Below, one piece after another: positions 10,284 to 21,165 of a DNA stretch of 47,711 bases. The DNA comes from a bacterium. Lineage in GTDB: Bacteria > SAR324 > NAC60-12. The number at the start of each line of letters is the position of its first letter. Position 1 is the stretch's first letter. Under the pieces are notes generated by a model. It did not search any database. It worked only from the letters and a program-made list of their open reading frames with translations, and had not been told where the DNA came from. The position numbers and the translations under genes were made by a program. Where the stretch lies: assembly GCA_965233585.1 (NCBI GenBank), contig CBDDTI010000102.1, positions 1 through 47,711 of the forward strand. Reading direction: 5' to 3'.

Positions 10284-13268
10284 TTAGGCTAGGCTGAGTT
10301 TTTTCTTAGGCTTGCTTTTCTGCCTGGCCTCAGGCTGGAGCTCAGCCAAAGCTTCATCTCTGCTCATGCCTGATAGTTTCTCAGCCACTGTTTGCACAAG
10401 TTTGCTCTTGTGCTTCCTCAGCAGCTTTCTGAGCTTCCTCTGCCTGGCCCTCTTAACAACATCTTTATCTTTCTTGCTTTGATACTCAGCAGTCCCCATT
10501 CTTCTGATTTGGGCTCTTCTGAGGGAAGGATGAATCCTCAGGGACAATGAGTTTTGAAGTTCTAGCTCCAAGTCCTCAGCAATGGCATCAGTGATCTCTG
10601 GCTGGAGGTCTTCCTCAGTGCAGTCCTTCTCATCCTCAGGGTTGTAATAGTCCCAGATTTGGAGGTCTGAGATGTGCTTCGCTGTGCTGCTCAGACTCCA
10701 ATCTGCCTTTGCAGGCACTCCCTCAGCATCTCTCCACTTGAGCCTGTCTCTGAGCCACTCAGGACTGTACCTCTTGGTGCCAACCTCTAAGCCAATCTCC
10801 TTAGCCCAGCTCTGAGACAGGAGTTCTACAAGCCTCCCTGATGCTGGATCAGGCCTGTAGACCAGGATCCCATTCCTCACTGCAGCTCTGAGGACCCATT
10901 CATCTTTGAGGTTCTTCTCAGCCATTGCTTCTTGAGCTGCCACAACTGCAGTGACAATTTCTAAGGGGCCAACTTTCCAAACTGAGTGCTCCACCTTTCT
11001 CTGGGTCTGCCACTGGGCTCTGAGATCAGTGAGCTTGTGTCTCACTAAGGCCTTGAACTGCTTAGCAAAATCAGTGTCAGTGATTTGCAACTTAGAGGTG
11101 CACTTCTCAGCCACAAGGCAGCTTAACTGATTTGCTAAGGCCATGGACTCAGTGGCTGAGTCACTGAACACTGAGGAGAAGCAATCCCTCATCCAAATGG
11201 ATGCAGGGTACTGGGCAGCTTGAGCCTGGATGCTCCAGCTGAGGATAACTGAGTCCACATTGGCTGCAGGCTGCTGCATGATCTCAACCTTAGACATGAG
11301 CTCAGGGTGGCTCTGCCTCAGCCTCCTGTAGGGCAGCATGACTCTCCCAGCTGAGCTTCCCTGAGTCCTGGTGATGACCTTATCACCAATTTTGAAGGTT
11401 TCATCACTGAGCCAGGTGCCACTCTCTGAGATGTTGCTCAGTCTGGCCCATTCACCTGGCACAACTAACAGCCCTTTGCCAACTGAGCCAATGATCTCCT
11501 GAGACTCATCGCCATAAACTGAGTGCAGGAGCTGCCTGGCTTCATATGTGATCCTGTATCTATCCTCCCCTGAGATTCCAATGAGAGTGGTGGATCCTGG
11601 CTGAGGCAAAGCTGGCTTGGCTGCTGGTGCTGAGGGCTGGGTTGAGCTTGCTGCATCTTTCTGAATGCTGGCTTCTGCATCTTGCTGAGGGCTGGCTGGG
11701 ACCATTTGCTCAGCATCTCCTGGAGCAGGGCTGGCTGAACCACAGAGACATTGCTCAGATTGGCTGGGTGGAGGTGAATCAAAGCTGCCCTGCTTCACCA
11801 GAGAATCTTGCTCAGGTTGGCTGGCTGGAGGGCTGCTGGCTGCTGATGCAAAGCTGAGCTGCCTCACTACTGACTCCTTGGGAGATGACTCAAAGCTGAA
11901 CTTTCTTTGAGGCTGAGGTGTGGATGGTACAATGGGCCCTATCAACATGTCAGGCCCATGCTCTGAGTGCATGGCTTCACTGATGGCTAGCCTGACTGAA
12001 GAGTAGTCCTTGACATCAGCTGAGGCATGCAGTTCCTCCTCAGCAAAGACAGCTCTTCTACCTGTAGCCTTAGCCCACAAAGGCACCTGATCAGAGAATC
12101 CAATGACCAACTGAGACCTTGCTGAAATGAACTGGGCAGGGCTGCTGAGCCTGTTGCTGTCAGCTAATGTCTGCTGAGATGCACATGTTGCTAGCCACAA
12201 TGTGTGGTCAAACTCTTGCCAGGTCAGCTTGGTCCTGGTTTGGGCTTCTACCTGGGAGATGTTTGTAACTAGCTCAGTGGACATGTACTTAGCATCAAGC
12301 CATTTGACCAGCTGAGCCTTAGTCTTTCTCCTGTAAGAGTCACTGTTGCAGAGCTTCTCTTTCCTGACTTCTCTTTCCTTAGCATCTGCCAGAAGCTCAG
12401 CCCTCTTTAGTGCAGGTATCTCAGGCACCTGAGCATTGTTTCTAAGCTCATTGGCTGTGAGCTGAAGCCTACCAAGATACTCAGCAAGCAAATCCTGCTT
12501 AGCAATGGTGTGGCCACATGCTCTTTCAATGCTGAGCCACTGCTTCATTTTTGAGATGATGTCTGAGAATGGAACCTTTCTGCCAGCTCCTGAGGCTCTT
12601 TTCCTCTTGCTCAACTGATGTTTATTCTTGCTTTTGAGATCCTTCTCAGCCACAAGTTTTTCCCAATGCCCTTCCTTAGACAAGATGTTCTTCAGAGCAT
12701 CCTTTCTGATGCCATACTTCTCCACTTGAGCTGCCCAGAAATCTTGTAGACTGCTGAAAGTGTCTTTGACTGCCTTCATCTCCTGGCAATATTTCAACTT
12801 AGTAGCAGCTGAGACTTCAACCCTTTTATTGTATGAGCCTGGTTTTTTTCTGTTTGTTGACTGAGGGCTGGCTTTTGGAGATTTGGATGGCTCTCTAGTC
12901 ACCAATCTCTTTCTTTTCTGTGCTGCCTCAATAAGCTCAGGTTCATTTGTGGCTTGTGAAGCTTCAAACTCAGCTTGCTGTCTGAGTGCTTCATTCTTTT
13001 CTCTGAGAGCATCGTCCTGAAATCTGCCAAGCCTCTGCCTTTTGAAAGGCTGAAGTTGCAGGTGCAATGGCACTGGCTGAGCTTCTTTCTTCTGGCTTGC
13101 TGAGCCAAAGAACTTGCCCAGGCCATACTGTACCTTTCCTGAGCTGGCTGGTGAAGACTCAGGGCTGCCAGTGGCACCCTTCTCAGGTGTAGCTTCAGCT
13201 CCTCCACCTCTAGCTCTGACTTGCTGGGTCACCTTAGTCAGCAAAAAGCCACCATGAAGGTAGCACAT
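10284..13268 (-). mobile_element. pogo-superfamily (CENP-B HTH + DDE_1) transposase ORF, DD35D, 994 aa
   Basis: KRKRASGAGRKVPF..MKQWLSIERACG resembles the CENP-B/Tc5 HTH. IGFSDQVPLW (D393), GEDRYRIT, QQPAANVD, IWMRDCF (D695) and CTSKLQITDTDFAKQFK (D731) align with the pogo motifs NxDETP, GxEKxRxT, QxKAWMD, LxxDxF and TxxLQPLDxxxNKPFK. There are 35 residues between D695 and D731. Confidence 0.82.
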
Positions 13269-13269
13269 T

Positions 13270-15207
13270 AGTGGCTCAGTTACTCAATAATATAATTGTT
13301 TGGATGGTACTCTATTGTGAGCACCAACTTTTGGGATTGAAAAAAACAAAACCCTTTCTCCACCTTTCTTTGGGTAAAGCTGGCCCTTTCACTTTAGAAA
13401 GCCATAGTTGTGTTAAAATTTTAAAATGCAAGGTTTCCCAAATAATCAGATGCCTTATTAAACCCTTATTAAAAAACAGCATCCAGACAATTTTTCAAAG
13501 GGATACCTCATGATTGGCTCAGTTACTCAATAATATAATTGTTTGGATGGTACTCTATTGTGAGCACCAACTTTTGGGAGTAAAAAAAACAAAACCATTT
13601 CTCCACCTTTCTTTGGGTAAAGCTGGTCCTTTCACTTTAGAAAGCCATAGTTGTGTTAAAATTTTAAAATGCAAGGTTTCCCAAATAATCAGATGCCTTA
13701 TTAAACCTTTATTAAAAACAGCATCCAGACAATTTTTCAAAGGGATACCTCATGATTGGCTCAGTTACTCAATAATATAATTGTTTGGATGGTACACTAT
13801 TGTGAGCACCAACTTTTGGGAGTGAAAAAAAAGCAAGACCCTTTCTCCACCTTTCTTTGGGTAAAGCTGGTCCTTTCACTTTAGAAAGCCATAGTTGTGT
13901 TAAAACTTTAAAATGTAAGGTTTCCCAAATAATCAGATGCCTTATTAAACCCTTATTAAAAAACAGCATCCAGACAATTTTTCAAATGGATACCTCATGA
14001 GTGGCTCAGTTACTCAATAATATAATTGTCTGGATGGTACTCTATTGTGAGCACCAACTTTTGGGAGTAAAAAAAACAAAACCCTTTCTCCACCTTTCTT
14101 TGGGTAAAGCTGGTCCTTTCACTTTAGAAAGCCATAGTTGTGTTAAAATTTTAAAATGCAAGGTTTCCCAAATAATCAGATGCCTTATTAAACCCTTATT
14201 AAAAAACAGCATCCAGACAATTTTTCAAAGGGATACCTCATGATTGGCTCAGTTACTCAATAATATAACTGTCTGGATGGTACTCTATTTGAGCACCAAT
14301 GGAGTACTCTACCTTTCTTTGGGTGAGCACTTTAGAAAGCCAACTTTTGGGAGTCCAAAAAAAAAGCAAGACCCAATTTTTCAAAGGGATACCTCATGAT
14401 TGGCTCAGTTACTCAATAATATAATTGTTTGGATGGTACTCTATTGTGAGCACTGAAAAAAAAAGCAAGACCCTTTCTCCACCTTTCTTTGGGTAAAGCT
14501 GGTCCTTTCAGAAAGCCATAGTTGTGTTAAAACTTTAAAATGCAAGGTTTCCCAAATAATCAGATGCCTTATTAAACCCTTATTAAAAAACAGCATCCAG
14601 ACAATTTTTCAAAGGGATACCTCATGAGTGGCTCAGTTACTCAATAATATAATTGTTTGGATGGTACTCTATTGTGAGCACCAACTTTTGGGATTGAAAA
14701 AAACAAAACCCTTTCTCCACCTTTCTTTGGGTAAAGCTGGTCCTTTCACTTTAGAAAGCCATAGTTGTGTTAAAATTTTAAAATGCAAGGTTTCCCAAAT
14801 AATCAGATGCCTTATTAAACCCTTATTAAAAAACAGCATCCAGACAATTTTTCAAAGGGATACCTCATGATTGGCTCAGTTACTCAATAATATAATTGTT
14901 TGGATGGTACTCTATTGTGAGCACCAACTTTTGGGAGTGAAAAAAAAGCAAGACCCTTTCTCCACCTTTCTTTGAGTAAATCTGGTGCCTTTACTTCAGA
15001 AAGCTATATTTGTGTTAAAACTTTAAAATGCAAGGTTTCCCAAATAATTAGATGCCTTATTAAACCCTTATTAAAAAACAGCACCCAGACGGTACCTCAT
15101 GAGTGGCTTTGTTACTCAATAATATAATTGTTTGGATGGTACTCTATTGTGAGCACCAACTTTGGGGGGTGAAAAAAAACAAAACCCTTTCTCCACCTTT
15201 CTTTGGG
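13270..15207. repeat. Satellite array 2, ~8 monomers including one scrambled monomer (~14285-14390)
   Basis: Same monomer as array 1, with diagnostic CCATAGTTGTG/ATAATCAGATG variants. Begins abruptly immediately upstream of the transposase ATG. Confidence 0.96.
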
Positions 15208-15584
15208 CAAAGGCTCCAGGATGTCTGAGATGTCCAAGCCCTGAAGGACATTGAGTTCCTCCTGCCTGCTGAGAGCTCCTTTGAAGTAATGAACTGCTGG
15301 GCTGTAGTAATTGAGCCACTGCTCAAAGGATTTGCTGAGCTTCTTCATCTCCTAGCTGGTTCAATGAAAGATCCCAAAAGATATAAACATAATTTAACTA
15401 TACAATGAATTGTAATTATAATGAGTTTACCTCAAGCAGCTCAGATGCACAAAATTATACTCAAGTCCCAACAAGCTTCATCCCTGAGCAGCTGCATCTG
15501 AGTGACCAGGGCTCTCAAGTTACTGAGTGGCTTCAAAAGGATGCTCAGGGTGAAGAGGAGCAAAGAAGTGAATGCAAGCCATCC
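15188..15584 (-). pseudogene. Degenerate or partial paralog of the 15973-16862 gene, running into the satellite
   Basis: Encodes NLRALVTQMQLLRDEACW and EMKKLSKSFEQWLNYYS..RQEELNVLQGLDISDILEP. These are similar to ELSTLVQVLQNLRDDLWY and QHWLSAYS..KAERLNVLSSIDLSDVAEP of the neighbouring gene. Confidence 0.4.
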
Positions 15585-15972
15585 CTGAGTTTTGCAACAT
15601 TGCATTCATGTTACAAGAGTCACCTTTACCTACATAATAAGAAACTTGTTGATAAAATAGAAAATTGAAAACATGAAAATAGGCAACACTAAGCTGTGCC
15701 CAAGGTCAAGCTCAGCTGAGGAAAAAATAGGATTGAGGTCCTTCAGCCTCACTGCCAGGTCAATAGCATTGCAACCTGATGTGCAGGCTTGGTGCAAAAC
15801 AAGAATACACTAAGAAAATAGCTAGTTGCCTAATTAATTAAGTAATTAGTCAATTAATCATACCAAATGATTACTAACTAATTAATTAACTAATTACTTA
15901 CTGATGTTGGATACTGAGGCAGACTCCTTTTTCCAAAAACGCTGCTCAGGTAAGCTGAGCCCTTGAATTGTC

Positions 15973-16862
15973 TCAGAATTCATTCTGAGCCTGTAGATCA
16001 CTGAGGTGCCATTCCACCTCAGCTTCAATGTTCCACTGAGAAAGTAGGTCAGGCTCAGCCACATCTGAGAGGTCTATGCTGCTAAGCACATTGAGCCTCT
16101 CAGCCTTGGTTCTGAGTCCTACTTCCCTGCTATAAGCACTGAGCCAATGCTGCTTAGCACAGCTGAAAGGATGTGCTGAGCCCAGCAGGTCATGGATGGT
16201 TCTCTCAGGTTTGTGGGCCCAAAGTACTGAGAGCTCAGGTCGCTGAGTGTTCTCCACCACCAGGGTCTCCTGCCTGAGCTCTTCATCTGAGGCAGTCCTG
16301 CTGTAGAGTGCCTGAGCTGGCTGAAAAGGTTTCAAGAAACCAACAGACATCAACTAAAAACATCCAAGAACATGTTCCTCTTCACAAAAAAAGGAAACCA
16401 AATGCATTCAAGTACCCTGAGGAATCGATTGTACATGACACCCTCCCTGGTGGCTAAGATAGCAGTGCTCAGCAGCAAGTCCCACTCTGTGAACTGAGCT
16501 TCTGAGTCCCAGTGGGAGACAGGTCCACTGAGAAGTGCCCAGCGCTTCTTCACTAAGAATTCTGAGAACAAAGCTGCACCACCTGCCTGAGGGTCAAACT
16601 CTTCAAAATGCTGCTTGAGGTGCCTCAGGGTGTCCCAGGTACTTCCTCCAGTCATATCCATCCTGAGCTCCATGGCCCTGACCTTCTCTGAGATGAAGTC
16701 AAGCCTCTGCTGAGAATGATCAGAAGCATACCAAAGGTCATCTCTGAGGTTCTGCAGAACCTGCACCAAGGTGCTGAGCTCAGTCTTGAGGCCCAGGAGG
16801 AAGATGAAGCAAAGAGCCAAGACTGAGAGCCCAGCCTGGTGTTGTTTTGTGCTTCCATGCAA
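15973..16862 (-). CDS. Spliced unknown protein (GT-AG intron 16415-16312 joins the 170-aa and 126-aa ORFs); 5' end uncertain
   Basis: CTCAGG|GTACTTG donor and CCAGCTCAG|GCA acceptor, both phase 0, give ..MYNRFLR|ALYSRTASDEELRQE.. The translation between them is typical intron-like T-rich sequence. Confidence 0.55.
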
Positions 16863-17359
16863 AAAAACAAGTAGTTTTTACCATTGGCCTAAGCAATTTT
16901 TTACAGCTGATCCAAGTATGGTACTGCTTGCTGTCAAGAAGCAAGCTGGGGTGCATGAATGACATCTGATAGCTGGCTGAGCCTAGCCTGTAGGTCCACT
17001 GAGGTACCACCTAGGGCTACCATCTGAGGAATGAACAAAAACATGTTGAACCATGCAATCCAAGGACCCAAAAACAAGTTGTTATGTAGCTGAGATGCTA
17101 GCCAAGCTGATGCCTGTGCTGCAAGCAAGAGCCATGATGCACACCATCTTCAGCTGAGGCCCCATGGCTCCAAGAGAAGAACTGATGCTGATGAAGGTGG
17201 CTGATACTGATGCTGATGAGAAAAAGCTGCTGAGGCACATGGTGCTCAAGAGGCTGAGATGCTGAAGACAGACTAGCTCAGGCTACTGTGTCTAAGACCA
17301 GGTTTATCTCCTGCAAAATAATTAATTAGTTAATTAATTATAAATAATTAATTAATTAG

Positions 17360-17394
17360 AAATTGTTGAGGGGTGGGTTCCTCACACTAGTCAG
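17360..17394 (+). other. Second hairpin + CACACTAGTCAG terminus-like motif
   Basis: TGAGG(GGTGGGTT)CCTCA stem-loop, then CACTAG|T, preceded by an ATTA-rich tract. Similar to 7505-7541. Confidence 0.4.
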
Positions 17395-18469
17395 GACACA
17401 AAATTAAGGTGCAAGCTCAGGAACTTGAGAGGCTCAGCCCAGATGAAGCCACCAAGCTGAGGATCACAAAGGCCTTCAGCTGAAGATTCATGGCTGTAGC
17501 CTTGGCTGCCATGGAAGCACATAGAAGCACATGCCATTAATTGATTATGTTTTAGTTCATCCTAAAATTTAAAAGAATAACCAGAAACAAAAACAGGACT
17601 AAACTTGATTGAGAAGCAAGGAAGCAAATGCAGTTGCAACTGGGTGCTCAGAGTGCTGAAGCTTGGGTGCTGGATGCTGCTGTGGTAGCATGCAGGCTCA
17701 GAACAGCCCTAGATGAAAACTTAGAAAGAAATGTCACCAACTGAGGGTGGCCAACACTCAGTGCCAATGCTTAGCAGTGGCTGCAGCCAACCTAAGTATG
17801 CCTAGTATGTTAAGTTATATAAATGCTACTTTAGATAGCCTTTCCTTTAGATAGCCTTTCCTTCATTAGTAGTGACTGCAACCTTCCCTTGTCATGCTAA
17901 GTCAAATCTCAGTGGTTGCTGCCAGCCCCAAGCAACTTTTTTTGATATCTGATGCTGTTCAAGAGCTGATGCATGCTGAGAATGCATCAAGGAGACAAAA
18001 ATCATGACCAAGTCATGGCTGAGGGTTGCTTAGGCTGTGCCCAGCTTCTAAAAAGTAGAAGTCACCTAAGCTCCATCAGAAGTGCATCTGCTGAGTCATA
18101 CTGTGCTTGCTGAGATAGATGCAGATGATGTAGCCCTGATACTTTTCTTCACATCTTCAGGTCCTGCCAGGGGGAACAGTATAAGGACAAGGTAAGCTAC
18201 ATGAGCACTGCACTAAGAAGAACCATTACAATGTCCAACATTAGCCATTGCTTATGCTAAGTAACTAAAGTAATTAGTTAATACTTTAACTATTCTAAAC
18301 TCCAACAACAACCTGCAGCAGTGCCAAAACCACCCACATCCCTGCAGAACTGCACTATTTTTTTCTGCCAGCTTTTCAACATGCTGCCAAGACTTATGAG
18401 CTGACTAAGCATTGCTCAGCATGAATGCACCTGAGTCATACCTCCTCAGGCTCCAAGAAACTGTACTAA

Positions 18470-19018
18470 TTACTTGTTGTCTGAGTTGGCAGACATGGCT
18501 GAGCCCTGGGACCTCTGACTAGTCTCATCTGGCTGACATTTTTGCAACATCTTTCTGAGATCAGCTTCAGTCAGATTGTACTCCCTCATGACCTCATCAA
18601 TGGCAGCCTCTTTGTCTCCTTCTATGTATTTCTCAGCTCTTTGCAGATTCACCTTCAGCTCAGCTTGCAAAGCACTCAGCTCCTTTTGCTCAGCTTCCAT
18701 TCTATCAGCATCTTCCCTGAGCCTGGTGATTGTAAGGTCCTGAAGTATTTTTGCCTGATCAAGTAGAGCAATCTTAGACCTCATACTCTGGCTCAGACCA
18801 TATGCATAGTCTAAGTCCCTGAGCTTCTCATCGTCTTCTGAGTTGTCCAGGAGTTCCTGAATCTCATGGCTAATGTCCAGTTGGTGGAGCTGAGACTTGA
18901 CATAGCCCTGGGCATCATTGGCAGTCCTGATAGGCTGATGCTCCCAAACTGGGCTTCTCTGCATATCTGATAAAGCAGCATCAGGTCTGCCTGAGCACCT
19001 CCCATGATAGTTCCACAT
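18470..19018 (-). CDS. 182-aa coiled-coil protein, family C (diverged paralog of family A/B exon 2)
   Basis: AQGYVKSQLHQLD..SKIALLDQAKILQDLTITRLREDADRMEAEQ aligns with family B AQGYCKSLLAQID..QKLLLVEQAYAAQDATMQRISTDAQQMAEEQ. Start context is CTCAGCCATG. Confidence 0.65.
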   Translation of the reverse strand: MWNYHGRCSGRPDAALSDMQRSPVWEHQPIRTANDAQGYVKSQLHQLDISHEIQELLDNSEDDEKLRDLDYAYGLSQSMRSKIALLDQAKILQDLTITRLREDADRMEAEQKELSALQAELKVNLQRAEKYIEGDKEAAIDEVMREYNLTEADLRKMLQKCQPDETSQRSQGSAMSANSDNK

Positions 19019-19425
19019 GGCTGAGATGATACAGAGCTAAGGTTTGCTGAATCTTTGCACCTAGATTTGATCCTCAATTAAAAAGCTGAGGAGTCACAGA
19101 GACATGCACATATGAACATGCTACAACTTCATTGGTTAATTAATTAATTAGTTACTCAATTCTTTGATGTCAACATGACTGAGCAAGATTGACACAAGGT
19201 CAACTACATGGGCACTGAACTAAGAAGAATCACTACAATGTATTAATTATAATGTGTATTTCTTGGTAATTAAACTAGTTCAAAAAAGCAATGGCAACAA
19301 CAACAGAAACAGCAGCAGCATTGACACATTTTCCCTGCCAGCTGCTTGCCATGGCTTGTGATGTTTCAAAAAAAATAAGGTAATCTGTTAATTACCTAGA
19401 TTCATCGTCAAGCTAGTGTTCATCC

Positions 19426-20634
19426 TCAGGTATTACCTGAGTCTCCCTCTGGCTTCTCAATCCTTTGCTTCTTGCTGAGACCAGGGGGCTCAGAAACTTG
19501 ATCTTCAGGAATTGGCTTCTTACCATCTTTCTGCCTTTTCTGATGCAGCTCCAGCAAAGCCTCAGGGCTCAGACCAATAGCATCCATCTGACTGAGAATC
19601 TGCTGAGCCTGCTCTTCTTTTAGCTTCCCCAGTTCCTCCTGAGCCTGTGCCATCTCTTCCTCCTCCTTCTTCTGAGCCAGGAAACCTTTCAGCTTCTCCT
19701 GAGCATCTAAGATGTCAAGCCTGAGCTGACCTAAGACACCTTGCTCCTCAGCCATCTGCTGGGCATCTGTGGAGATCCTCTGCATAGTGGCATCCTGAGC
19801 AGCATAGGCTTGCTCAACAAGCAGAAGCTTCTGAGAGATGATAGCTTCCAGCTCCTGCACATCTGAGACATCAGGACTAAGGTCCATCCCCTTCAGCTGA
19901 TTGATAGCATGCCTGATGCCATTCTCAGGGTCAATCTGAGCAAGCAATGACTTGCAGTACCCCTGAGCAAAGGTGCTGTCATCAGTCTGAGCAGCCATAG
20001 CAAAGGTAGCAGCTTTAGGTGGCTGAGAAGGTTCAGCATCAGGTTCAGCTTGAGGTTGCTGACAACCAGGAGGCTTAGCAGGCTTAGGTGGCTTCAGTTT
20101 GTGCTTGAACTGAGCTGTCCAGTAAGGTTTTGAGACAAACTTCTGCCAAGGCAATGGGGTCATGTTGAGAATCACCTGATAATACTGAGCAATGACTCTC
20201 TGAGGCCACCCATTGACATCCTGCAAGGTTGCAAAAGATGTGAAGAAAACTTTCAATCAGATATTAAAACTTAGTAATTAATATTTTTTCAATTAATCAA
20301 TTAATTGATGAAGGCCATGCACCCATGCTCAGAGACACAAAGAACAAATGCATGCACACATGTTCAAACCCATGTCCTTGCAGTCTTTGCACCCATTCTG
20401 AAATGGGATCCTGCTGAGTTTCACCTTAGCATTGCACCCAGGACAAGCAACATCAGGCTCTCCATCATAGCGAGGGTAGCTGATGATCCTCTCAGGGTTT
20501 GATCCCTGAGCAAAGAGGTCATCCACTGAGGGAAAGCTTTGTGGAATGAGCTTGAGCTGAGCATGGCCACCCTTGACAGTAAATTCCATGCCAGATGGAA
20601 CTAATTCTGAGTGATCCTTAGTGTTCCTTGCCAT
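19426..20634 (-). CDS. Two-exon unknown protein, family B (exon 1 20634-20425, exon 2 20220-19426)
   Basis: Same exon 1 and intron as 21-1328. Exon 2 (276-aa ORF) has a diverged middle and a shorter tail. Confidence 0.6.
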
Positions 20635-21165
20635 GGCTCAGTTGCTGAGTTGCAGCTGGCTGAGTTGAAAGGCAAATAGGCTCACCATGTGCTTGAGTTC
20701 ACTAATCAGCTGAGGAATCACATAAGCACAAGTCCAAGACCATGGGCACAAGTCCAAGACCATGGGCAAGCTGAGAGCCAACCCCACACCCCCAGAACCA
20801 ACCCTGAGTCCTCTCTAAGCATTGCCATCATTCTGAGCATCTTCTAAGCCACATCTCTGATTGTTCTCTGTGAGCATCTTCTAAGCCACACCCTCGGGTC
20901 CTGCCAGGGGAAAAATATAAGGACAAGGTCAACTACATGGGCACTGAACCAAGATGAACCATCAATTAATTAATTACAATGTATTAATTACAAGTAGTTC
21001 TTGTGAAACTAGTTCAAAAAAAACAATGGCAACAACAACAGAACCACCTCAGCCCATCAAATGCATTTTTCCACTGCCAGCTGCTTGTCATGGCATGTGA
21101 TGACACAACTCAGTCTGAGCTGAGATATTGCAAAGCATTCCTAAGTCTTTTGCTCAGGCTTCAAA

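Noticed and set aside
9004..13270. Terminal inverted repeats and TA target duplication for the pogo element
   Set aside because: None found by eye. Both ends appear truncated (CpG-rich island on one side, satellite on the other).
16934..18150. Additional exons or genes in the 17-18 kb part of the cassette
   Set aside because: Some coding-like patches are present, but I could not build a consistent frame or splice model.
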